From positions 1 through 62,933 of the forward strand of contig MEDY01000145.1 in the NCBI GenBank assembly GCA_001724265.1: a stretch of DNA of 62,933 nt. The letters run 5' to 3'. Position numbers and translations under genes: made by a program. This DNA comes from Rhizaria sp. SCN 62-66 (Eukaryota). The first letter of the stretch is position 1; the number at the start of each line of letters is the position of its first letter. The notes below the pieces were generated by a model that was not told where the DNA came from, made no database searches, and worked only from the letters and a program-made list of their open reading frames with translations. Positions 36,238-47,800 of the stretch are shown here, one piece after another.

Positions 36238-39200
36238 TTAATGCATAAGCTCACAAGGGCGTGTGCCGATCAGACACGCAATCGTGTGATTGACGCCGTT
36301 GCACTTCTTGCGCTCAGTGAACGCAACCTCGTGTCGCTCCTGTTGGTTCGCAGCAACGGCAAGCACTGTCGTGCTGAAGCGACGCATGCTCCCACTATCA
36401 GAGCCACCCTTGCGCTCACTCGTGTTGCTGCTGCTCTTGCCCCCCATCGCCTGGCCCTGCTTGCCTTGTTGCTGCTGCGGAGACTTACCTGTACTGCTAG
36501 AAGTGCTCTGTGTCTTCTGCGCGCCCTGACCGGCCTTCTCGCTCTGATTCTGCGGGCTCTGCTGCTGCATCTGGTGTTCCTTGTCCCACGAGCGGTCCTC
36601 CATGGAACCGGTGGTGCCCATGCCGCTGCGCTTGCGCACGCCGGGGTCAGTCATCGGGTCAAACGCTCCCTTGCCTGCGCCGCTGCCGCTCTTGTCGTAG
36701 CTTGCAGTGTTGCTCTTTGTGCTCGCCGTAGCGTTGCTCTCCTTGCCCATTTCGCGCTGCTGGTGGCCGCCGCTAAAGCTGCTGTTGCTTCGGTCGGCGC
36801 CGGGCTCGGGCGACTTGATGGGCCCGCTGCGGCTGGCGCCCATGTGGCCGTGAGCAATGCCGGTGCCGCTCGGGTCGATGTTGACGTCGCGCGCTCCGCT
36901 GCTGCGTGCATCGCGGGCGCGCACGCCGCTCTGGCGCGCCACGCTCTCAGCACTGGCACCGGCGCTCTTGTTGACGCTGCCACTAATCCCGCTGTTGTTG
37001 CTGCAGGGCGCCTCGTTGGTTGAGATGTAGCCCTCCGCGTAGCCGCCACCGACGTCGCTGGAGAAGTAGCGCCGCGTCGACGATGCCGCGCGGGGGCTGC
37101 CAGTCTTGCCCGTGCGCTCGCTGGCGCGGGTTCCAGTGGGACTGCGAGAACGGCCGCGCGCGGTGCTGGTGCTGCCCATGCTATCGGCCGCAGGCGGGCT
37201 GCTCAAAATGCGGTACGACGTGCGCTTGCCACTGCCGATGATGATGCCGGCGTCCTGCGAGTCCTGGGCCATGCTCTGGCTCTTACGGCCGCGACTGCTG
37301 CTGCGCGTCGTGCTGGCGGGCGTGTGCTCGCCCACGTTGTGGTCAACGTGCTCGGCCGAGGACGCTGACGACGACAGGCGCGCAGACTCCTCGCGGCTCA
37401 GACCGGGCTTGCCATGCTCGGGCATTGACTGCTGAGGCACGCCGCGAATGTTGAACGCGATGTTGAAGCTCACAGGTGCAGTCATGTCCTCCTTACTATC
37501 GTTGTCCTCCTTGGCGTTGCCTTGCTGCGAAGCCGCATTACTGGCAGTGCTGCTGCGTGCGCGCGTTGCAAAAGAGCGACGCGGGCTGCGATCGCGGTCC
37601 GCGACGGCTTGGCTCCCGCTGACAGCGCCGGGCCGCTTGCCGAGCCCTGCACCCAGGTTGGACTTGGAGTCATCCTTACTACTGCTGCCGTTGATAGCGT
37701 CGGAAATCGTGCTCTTGACCTTGTTGATCGCGTCACTAGCCGCGCTGGCAACCTTGTCAATAATAAAGCCGCCGGGGTTGGGAGAGGAGACGCGTGTGCT
37801 CAGGCCAGGGGTGTCGTAAGGGCGGTTCAGTGCGTCGGCAGCGAAAGCGCTCATATGCGGCGCCGCGTTGGCGCTCCAGTAAGGAGTCCACGCACCGTTG
37901 TTGTTGTTGGCAAAGCTTGCAGGGTTGTCTTCGTTGTTGATGTTGGGGTTGCCAATCCCAAGCGTCGACTGGAATGACTGCTTGATCACACCGGTGACAG
38001 CGCGTGCAGCAGCGTCAAACGCGGCGTCAAAGGTGCTTGGCGACGGCACGCGCTCGCGCAGGCGCAGCAGCTGTTCCTGAGACGGCTGCGCATAGCCGCC
38101 CTCAGTCGGCGCACGCGTGCCGAAGAGCGAGGCCGCCAGGGCAGTCTGCAGAGCGACTGCGATCGCAGGGCCCGCGTTTCGCGCGAGCGTCTCGACCACG
38201 CTTGACGGGATCAGCGAAAACAAGGTGCTGGCGCCGCTGTTGTCAGTACTGCCAGTCGGCGCGGCCACCTCGCGGCGCACGTTGACGTTTGACGGTGTGT
38301 TGCTGTGGCCGAGAATCGTGTCCTTGAGAGTCTGTGTCGCCGTTGTAGCGATGCGGTCGAAGATCATGCGCGTGACGTTGTTGTCAAAGAAGCTCGCCTG
38401 CGCAGCCCGTGGCATGCCGCCGATTGTGGTCTTAAGCGCACGACCAGTCGCTGCACCGGCCGCCGCAGCAAACGAGTCCAGCACGTTTTCGATGGCTTCG
38501 GCACGCGCAGTATGACTGACCTTGCCCGCCTTGTCCGCATCAGAAGTGCCCGTAAAGAAACTCACAATGTCTGCTACAGAGCCCTTCTTGTTGCTGCCGG
38601 AAAACACGCCCACAACGCCCTGCGCGGCCGTCAGCGCAAGCGCGGGGTCGTTGAGCGCCTTGTTCAATGTGTCCTTAAGCGCGTTGGCCACGGCGTCGGC
38701 AGTCTTGCTTGCGAGCGCGTGTTCGTCGGCGGTAGCACCGGTGCTGACGCTGTCGGTACCGGTGCTGCCACTTGCGCTAAGCTTGTCAGCACTGGCCGGC
38801 TTTGCACTTTCAGAGCCCTTCTCGCTAACGGCATGCGAGTCGGTGTACGCGGGGCTTGCGCCGCTGCTGTCGGCGCTGCGCTCTTCTTCGGTTACGTGGA
38901 ACACGTCGTCCCTAAGATTCTTGGGGTTCAGTCCGCTCTTCTTAACCCAGTCGTCCGTGCAGTGAGCTTTGCGCATGTGCACGCTGCTGTGGTCGTCCTT
39001 CTTGTCGCGGCCGCTGATGTCGCTCGTGTCACTTCCGCTGTAACCGGAGGTGGTACCACCAGTGTCGCTGTGACCAGACTTGTCACCCGCAGTCTGGCTG
39101 GAACCAGCGCTTTGGTATGATGAAAACATCCGCTTCGCAGTGCTGCCAGTGTAGCTGCTTGTGTTATTGCTTTTGTTGTCGGGCTTGTACATGTGGGTCT

Positions 39201-41040
39201 TTTCGTCGTACTTCATACCACTGTGCTGCATCTCCTGACTCGTGCCGGCCGAACGAGTGCACTGCGTACTCGCCTTCTGCTGCTTGTGCTCCGGCCCGTT
39301 GACGAGCTCGTCAACCTTGTCAGCGACTGCGCCAGCCGCGCCCTCGATCTTGTCCTTGCCTGCGTGCACCGCGGAAGCAACCTTGGACGCGGCGCGGCCG
39401 ACCGCGTCTGAGGCGCTGTGTAGCACGCTCTCGCCAGCGTGCTTGGCGCTCTTGGCAGCGTCGGCCACGCCGTGCGCAGCGTCAGCAACGGTGGACTTCA
39501 CATTGTCCTTGACGCTCTCAGCGGCGGAGGAGGCCTTGTGCGCTGCGTCAGACACGGTCGACTTTACCGTCTCCTTGACGGTCTCAGCGGCGGAGCTCGC
39601 CTTGTCGGCGGCCGCACGGCCGAGGTCTGACGCGGCCTCGCCGGCAGCGGTCGCAGTGGCGGAGGCAGCGCTCTTAGCATACTTCATCGCCTCCTGTGCG
39701 TTGGCCTTGGCGTACTGCGCTTGCGCACGCGCTTCGGGCTTGATGGCGTCACCGACGCGCTCTGCAGCGCGCGAGACAGTGTTCTTAACAGTCTTGGTTG
39801 CGTCGGCAACAGCCTCAGCCGCGGAGTCAATCGCGTCCTCGCCCTGTTGCTTGCTGTCGCTCTTGTCGTCGGGCACAACGGTGCTCGCAACCCAGAATGC
39901 GCGCTGGTACTCGAGTCGCGTCTTGGGCGGGTCCACGGCCCACCACGACTCAGCCTCCATGCCCTGCGGCCAGCTCTTGCCGCGCTTGCCTTCGGCGTTG
40001 GGTGCGTGCGCTGACTGCTCGCGCGCGAGCTTGTCAATTGCGTCCTGCGCGCTGTAGCTCGAGCCGCCCATGCCGCCGGAGTTCTGCCCGAACTCGCGCT
40101 CGTGGCTCGTGGCTTGCTCCTTCTGCTGCTGTTGCTGTTGTTGCTCACGACGGAGCGCCTGCGCGGTGTCATGCTGCGGGTTAACAGGGCCAGAAGCGGT
40201 GCTGCTAACGGTGCGACGTGGCGCGGCGCCGGGAGCCATGTTGCGCGTGCTGTCATTGAAGCCGCCGCTCTTCGCGCTCTTGTTATCAGATTTCGCGTTA
40301 GCGTTCATTGAACTCGACGAGCTTGCACCGCCCATGTTGGCGCTGTTCTTGGACATGTCCGCGGGCTTACTGTCAGCGGCACCCGCTTTCTTGTTGCGGG
40401 CCGTCATGCTGCTGATGTCGCACCGGTCCGTGTCGAACGCAGTCTTGTCGCTGCTCTTGCGCATCTCGCCGCTGCTGCCGCTCTGATTTGCGTTCTGGGC
40501 ATCACTGCTCCGCATAGTTGTGGCGCTTGGAGCGGCAGTGCGCTTGTCAGTACCAGCGCCGCTTGACGGGCCCGACACACCAGAGCCAACCTCTGCTGAC
40601 GAGTTCATGGAGGTGTACGCATCGCTCTCGCTGCCATAGTCGAACCCGTCACCACTGCTGCCGGTGCGGGAGTAGTTCTGCGCCTCACCGGAGCTCGAGC
40701 GCGCTGTCTGGTGGGCCTGGTAGCGCTGGTTCTGCTTGTTAAAAGCCTCGTTGTCAATACGTGGTGTTTGCACATTGGAGGACTTGGCGCGGGCAGACTC
40801 CGCGGCCTGCTTGTCGGTCGAGACGGAAGAACCACCGCGAGCGGCAGATCCCATGCTACGAGCGGCAACCGAGACCTACGCAATCAAAAAGTAAAGAATA
40901 AATGTTTTGGTGTCAGTTATAATATATACCTTATTTATATCGCTCAATACTGTCCAGACTGAGCGCTGGAGACAGAGACGTACTTGGGGAAGGATCATCT
41001 TGGTCGTTGCCGCACGGCCAAGATGGACCAATCGATTCAT
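36238..41040 (-). CDS. Hydrophilic LEA-like protein with predicted mitochondrial presequence; exons 41040-40984 and 40875-36238; about 1564 aa
   Basis: The upstream exon (GTACGT donor, CGTAG acceptor) gives an acid-free, Arg-containing N-terminus MNRLVHLGRAATTKMILPQVSVAARSMGS. The centre has A/K/D/E/T-rich 11/22-mer amphipathic repeats. Stop TAA. Confidence 0.7.
39310..39830 (-). repeat. LEA group-3-like 11/22-aa helical repeats
   Basis: AADKASSAAETVKETVKSTVSD / AAHKASSAAESVKDNVKSTVAD / AAHGVADAAKSAKHAGESVLHS. Confidence 0.75.
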
Positions 41041-41313
41041 TGAATCCTACAACAAAAATAAATTTGATTTAAAAGCGATGTGGGTTAGATCTAACCTAAA
41101 ATATTGTTTATATTCTCACCGGGGTGCGGCTTCAAGCTGCTGATCATGTTATGTTTATGTTCAAGTTGTGGGATCAAACGGTGACTGTGAGCAACCGAGT
41201 CATCCCTAATTGTCAGTTCACGTTGTCATCAATCACATTTGTCGTTACACGATACTTTAAGTTAAATACTGCTCACGACTTTATCACACCCTGTTTAGCC
41301 TTATGTCCTCGCA

Positions 41314-41637
41314 ATGATTGGACGCTTCCCGCACTTTCTCTTCCTTGCTCTAGTGCTGCTTTCGCTGCTTCTGCTCTCGACTGCGCAGCCCCCGCGGCGC
41401 TGGGCCGGTGGTGGTAAGGCTCGTCGCCGTCGCACATCGATGATTGACCTTTATGGGCGACCCCGCGTCACAAACGGACGCAATCCTGTCGACCCGCGTC
41501 TGCCCGTTTACCACTTGGACCGCAACAACGCTATTCCGCTCGCGCCCTATGCTGTCTTCGGCGCGCTCGATGAGTTCGATGACAGCCGCTACGGAAAAGG
41601 TTGGCGCAATATCGATGGCCGTCATCTGATGATTTAA
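41314..41637 (+). CDS. Small putative secreted protein (107 aa)
   Basis: ATG to TAA ORF, GC-richer than its flanks. Hydrophobic signal FLFLALVLLSLLLLSTA followed by polybasic KARRRR. Confidence 0.65.
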   Translation: MIGRFPHFLFLALVLLSLLLLSTAQPPRRWAGGGKARRRRTSMIDLYGRPRVTNGRNPVDPRLPVYHLDRNNAIPLAPYAVFGALDEFDDSRYGKGWRNIDGRHLMI

Positions 41638-41827
41638 AAGTGCATGCATAATGTATTCTGTGTCTTGTGAAGAAAATACAGACTGGAACACTTAAAGCTG
41701 ATATTTAGCATGTTGTGATCGGGCTCGTAAAGTTGGAGTTCGATCTTGGGAGTAAGAAGTGAAAAGCGTGAGTTATATGTATTAATTACAGTTACTTCTT
41801 GCTAAATAAAAGTTGTTATACAAATCT

Positions 41828-44800
41828 TTAGTTGCGTTCGGTCGTCATAGAGACGTTGTGGAGCCCATTATCAATCGCGAAGCTACCTTGCCCGAAAAAA
41901 GAACCATCACCAGCTTGCTGGTGTTGAGGTTGCGGCTGTCCAACAAGATGGAGACCTGCAGCGCGGCGCATCGACCTATTCAAAGGAAGCTGTTGATGGG
42001 CAGTGTTGCTTGCTGGCAAAACGGGTGCAGCATTGCTAAGCGAGAGGTCAAGTGAGGGACTGCTTGCATCGCGTGCGCTCAACGCTCCGGCCGCAGCGGC
42101 GCGCATTGCACGGGACATGTTGACCGCGCTTACGGCCGTCGCATCGAGCGAAGTGTCCGCGGAAGACGGCAGCAGCGTGCCCCAGTGAGAGCCTGACATC
42201 CCGCCAACTGCGCCTGGCGCCGCGAGATAGCCGTGAGCAGCGGCGGGTGAGGCCAACGAGTTGCCCAGGGACTCGGGAGTCATGAGTGCAGCGGCCGTCA
42301 TGGCGGCCGTTGTTGCAGAGGTAACTGGTGATGCAAAGCCTGCGCGACCGCCCAAAGTCGCCACCGCTCCAGCACCAGTACCGGCGCCAGTCGTAGCAGT
42401 TGCTAAGATGACATTTGCAGCGCGGTTCGGACCGAGAGGGGTTGCCATAAGCGGCACTCCCGTCGGCACAGTGTAAGGAGGCTGCGAGCGCGCGTGGCTT
42501 GCACGCATGTCGCTGTCGGCGCTGCCCACAGTCGTGTAGTTAACAGCCGCGGCGTTGTTGCTCCCAGATGCAAAGCCTGGTGAGACGAGTGTCGCGTGCG
42601 GCTGCGGGGCCTGCGAACGCGCTGGGGTGACCGTGAAGGATGAACTTAGCACTGACGCGGGTGAGCCGAACCCGCTGCCAGGAGAAGCCATGTTGCGCAT
42701 CGGTGTCCCAACCGTGTGAGGGTTATTACTGAGCGTACTGGCTAAGCTCGAAGAAGGCAAAGACGAGGACGTGTTGCTTCCACTTGCACTGTCAACACTG
42801 GACGTTGGCGGCGACAGCCGGGACGTGGGCGAGAGCTGCGGAGGTGCGGGTAGCGTAAGCGCAGGCGTAGCCCGCGGCACCGGCACTGAGGGCGCAGTCA
42901 CAGGGCGGCCGATAGGCAGCGGTGAGACCGTATGGGCGTGACTGGCAGATGTGGCGGCGGCAAGCCCGCTAGATCCGTGCGGTGCCGGAGTGTAGCCCGC
43001 AGCGTGAGCAGGAACGGGAACGCCTCTGTGTGCAGCGCTGGCGCTGCCTGGGGGCGCTGGAAGTGCGTTGGTAGTAGCAGCATTCGGGTTTTGGCGATAA
43101 AACGCGAGAGAGTCACTGAGATTGTCGACAGTCTCGGTCGCCAAGCGCAGATGTTGCGAGACACATGCCATGCGCCACCTAGGATAAAGTAAAGGAATCA
43201 AAACAAAGCACATCGATTTCAGTCAGCAATAGCCATAATTTATGAATACCGAAGCAACACAACCGCTTGAGAGATTGACGTACTTTTGGAGCACCATGCG
43301 TGCGTTCTTCTCCCAGTGATGGGACGCCCACGTCGCGAGCGCACGACGGGCAGCAGCGCGGCGGAAACGCTCGAGCAGCATACCCGCCAGGGCGCGTGAC
43401 TGAAGCGACCGCGCCCGGAAGTAGTCAGCTTGTGACCGAGCATGCAAGCGGTGCTCTTGCTAAGAAAGCAGAGTCACAAAGAATACAGTTAAAAACAAAG
43501 GTGAGAACGTTTCAAGGAAAAACATATCAAAGGATACAGGAATAATTTTAAGAAATATGTTAGTACCGTACCTCTCGAACCTGGCTCGCCCGACGAAGCG
43601 CAACGACCTCTTGCTTGGCCTCCTTCCACGCCGCACGCAATGCGCGCTGGCGGCGCAGCGTCGCCTCAATCGCGGCGGATGCGCACTGTGTGATCGCCTC
43701 GGTGACTGCGCTCGAGAGCGCGTCGGCGGCTGCAGATGACGGCATCGGTGCAGGCTGGGCAGCGAGTGCAACAAGCTCTGCAACGGCCTCCGACGCCTCA
43801 GCCGCGGCAGTTACCGCAAACGAAGGCAACTGCACGGGGGCCGCAGCAGCAGTTGTAGAATCCGATTCGACCGGATCAGCAAACGCGACACCAGGAGTAC
43901 CGCGCGCGGCGGCAGTAGAGACAGCCTTCCGAACGGGCGCCACGGTCGATGCGGAGTCGCGTTCCGGTGAGCCAGCGGTGTCGCCAGCGGTCGCGCGCGG
44001 CGGCGACGGGTATGACGCATCATTGCCAGAGCGCGGGCTTTCAAACTCGCTGAAAGCGTGGATTGATGCCATCGAGTACTCGACAGCGTTGGTACCGGCA
44101 CCAGAGCGAGGCAGCGCAAGTCCACCATCACTGTTCAGAGCAGGGGACTCCGAACGAGAATCGAACAGGGCATTATAGCCTGGCGCAGCAGCGTCACTAC
44201 GCGCGCCGCGGTTACGAGAGCCGGAGCTAGAGGCAGGAACAACGGTGGCCCCGCGCGATGACGGTGACAGAAGTGCAGAGGCAATCGTGACGTCAAATGA
44301 CGTCTGCAGACTCTGGTCGTCCTCGACAAATGCGTTAGCCCGCGATCCTGCATTATTGGCAGCAGACTCAGATCCCGCTGCGCGACGGGCCTGCACGTCG
44401 TCCTCATCATCAGTGTCAATGCCGAGTCCCGGGCCGGCGACTGCAATCGCACCTGCGGCAAAGCTCGCGTTGCGAGATGGGGGCGCGATAGCGATGCGCC
44501 ATCCGCCAGCGCCGCCAGCGTTGCTAACGTTCGTTGTCGTGTCGTTGCCAAGGTCGGCAGCAAACCGCATACCGCGTGCACCATCGACAGCGTCATCATC
44601 GTCGGATGACTCTGCGTCGGCCCACAGTGCGGTAAGTGCAGCGATGCCACTGTCTTCAGCACCCGACGCATCGGCGCCCCAGCCAGAAGTGCGACTGGTA
44701 TTGGCAGACTTCCGTGAACTGCCGGGCGTGTCGCCGCCACGCGGGCGCCGCTCCGCCGTCTCCGAGGCCACCACGCGCAGCGCCTCGGCTTTGGCTGCCG

Positions 44801-47800
44801 CGACAGCGCGGTACACCTGATTCGCACTCTCACGCACGGCGGCCGTGGTCGCGGCACGACCTGCAGCAGCAGCGTCGGCGAGCGCTGCAATGTCGCGACT
44901 CCAGCGCTCTTCGGCAGCAATGGCCGCAGACCGCAGTGCGGCTTCGCGCGCCGCGGCTGCGATCGCAGCAGCAGTGGCGGTGGCATCAGCATCCGCACGA
45001 AGCGCTGCCTCGCGCTCTCGAGCGGCAGCGGTGATCTCGGCAATGGTCGCAGCAGCGTTGCGCTGGGCTTCAGCAGCGGTTTCCTCTGCAGCAGCAACGG
45101 CGGCAAGCAACTGCTCTTCGCGCGTGTTAGCCGCATTCTCAACCTCAATTACTGCGCCCTCCACCGCTGCTGCGAGTGCAGCCGCTGCCTCAGCCTTGGT
45201 GACCTCGGCTGCGGAATCCGCGTTTGCAAGGACACGTCCAACTTCAGCCTGCGCTGCCGAGCGCTCCGCGGCAATGGCGGATTCGGCCGCTTCAATTGCA
45301 GCAACAAGCTCGCGCTCTAGAACCTTGTTCTTGCGTTCAAGCCGTGACACAGCGTGCTCAGCGCGCCGTTTCGTAACCAGACGGCGCCATAGTGCGGCCG
45401 CACGCCTAACGACAGTGCCAATGGCATGCGCGTGTGCGCGTTCGGCAGCAGCATCGGCGACGCGCGCAGCGAATGCCAGAAGTGCTCGCTCACCCTCGCG
45501 CGCTGATGCAGCTGCTGTAGCGTCAACAGCCGCCACGAGTTCTGCCTCGGCCTCGGCTCGTACGGACGCGAGTGTGGCAGCATGCTCGATTGACACTGCG
45601 TCCATCGCAGCGGTTGAGTTCTGCGCACCAGTGTTTACATCCAGCTCGGCAGCCTCTGCACGCGCGACAGCGGCATCACGTTCTGCGGAGACCCTAGCAA
45701 GCTCGCTTTGGATACGTGCCAGATCGCGCTGAGCTTCCTCGGCTGCAGCAACATTCTCCTTTGCAGCAACTTCGGCGTCCGACTGCACTGAAGCAAGTGT
45801 TTCATGTACAATGATGAGTTCCTGCTCCTTCTGCGCAAGCACTTCAGCGACAGCAGCGGTCTCCACACGCGCCGTCTCACGTTCCAGCGTGAGCTCCTCC
45901 TCCATCTCTTCGCCCAGCGCGACAAGCGACGCCGCGTGCGCGTTCGCCTGGCTGGCCGCAGTCTCCGCCGCAGCCGCGCGGTCGTTCAACGCAACTTGCG
46001 CGCGCAGAGAGACGCCGAGGCGCCAGCGCAAACCGGCGGCGCGCGTGATGAGAGTAGAACGCTCGTGAGCGCGCGCCGCACCGAGAACAGCTGCAGCAGT
46101 TGCAATGCGCGTCTCCAAAGCGAGCAGCCGTGCGGACGCCGCGGCATCCGACTCCGCACCAGCAGCTGCAATCGCGTCGTGAGCAGCCACCGCGGCAGCC
46201 TCGGCGCTGGCGGCACGTGCGTCAGCATCTTCACGAGCAGCAGCAAACTCAGCGTGTGTCGCGTCAGCAGCGGTAAGCAGCGCACTGAGCTCGTCAACAC
46301 GAGCACGCAGCACGGAGATTGTGAGTTCACCGGCTGCCCGCGCATCCTCACTTTCACGCGCAGCTGCAGTTGCGCAGTCGAGTGCAGTACGAACATCTGC
46401 GAGCTCAGCACTCAAAGCTGCGGTCGACTCACTTTGCGTTGCTGTCACCGTGTTGGCACGCAGCTCGGCAGCCTCCGCGCGCGCCGCAGCTTCGGCAGCT
46501 AGCTTTTCTGCTGCCGTGACGCGAGCTGCTGCATTCGCCATTTCACGGTTGTGCTCCATTGTACAAAGAGACTGCGCCTGATCGGACTGTGCCGCGGATT
46601 TGGCGACCCGAGCCTCAAAATCAGCGAGCAGGAGTCGCGCCTCCGCAAGCGAAGCGTCACGGTCTGCTGCACAGTCTTGCGCACCAATGAGGGCAGTCTC
46701 AGCTTGACGCCGCGCGAATTCGGCGGTCGCAGCCGCAGTGCGGGCCTCGATGAGCTCTGCTGCCAAGCTTTGCATAGCGACAGCGTGCGCAGCGTTTGCT
46801 GCAGAGATACTAGCCTGCGCAGCAGCAGCGTTAGCATTAGATATCGCGAGCTCGGCACCAGCAGACGCAGCCCCAGAGCGCGCAACAATAAGCTCAGCGT
46901 TCATGGCCGCAAGCTTTGCGTCAGTCTCAACTCTAAGAGCTGCAAGCTTGGTTTCGGCCTCGCCGGCGCGAGTTTCGGCAGCGGCAGCTGCAGTGCGTGC
47001 CTCAGCAATTGCCAGGGCCTGAGTATTCGCGTGTGCGTTCTGTGTTTCAGAGAGAGTTGCAGAGAGAGTTGCATTGTTCTCATCTAACACCGCGATCTGC
47101 TTTTTGAGCGCTGAAACAGCGTGTTCCTTCTCAGTACACTTAATCTCGAGCTCTGAGGCAAGTGTTGCGGCACTTGCAAGCTTCTCCTCGAATTGAGCCT
47201 TTTGAATCCCAAAATCTTTCTCACGAGAAGACAGCTCAGCAGCTCTGAGGTCCACAGTACGGCCACCTACAAGCTCTTGCTCAGTGAGGGCGTCTTGCAA
47301 TTGCCGGACGCGGGCCTGAAGAGCTTCGACCGCCTCAGTATACTTGGTACGTTCGGCATCAATAATGGAAGAATCGGCAAGAGCTCGTGCAACATTGACT
47401 TCATCTGCAGCAGCGGCCGCAGCCATAGCAGCGTCCCTGGCCTCAGTCACAATCTCCAGCTCCGCCCTCAAGCCTGTAATCTGCTGATTGAGCTTCGTGA
47501 CAGCATCCGCAGTTGCCGCAGCATCGACCTCAGCTGCGTGTCTCAGCTGCGCGATTGCGGTCTCGAGTGTCGCATTCTTCTCAGAAGCAGCGGCAAGACG
47601 GGCCTCCCACTCAACCTCACGTTGCACAACACTGGCCTCACACGCACGTAGTTGGCGTTCAGTCTCAGCAAGCTCATCTTGGCAAATGGCCATCGCGAGC
47701 GACGTGGCATCAGCGTGTTGTCCAGCTGCGGTAGCTTCGGCGAGCGCTGCCTCGGCTTCCTCACCAGCAGCTGAGGCTTCGACGCGCGCCGCGTCTAACT

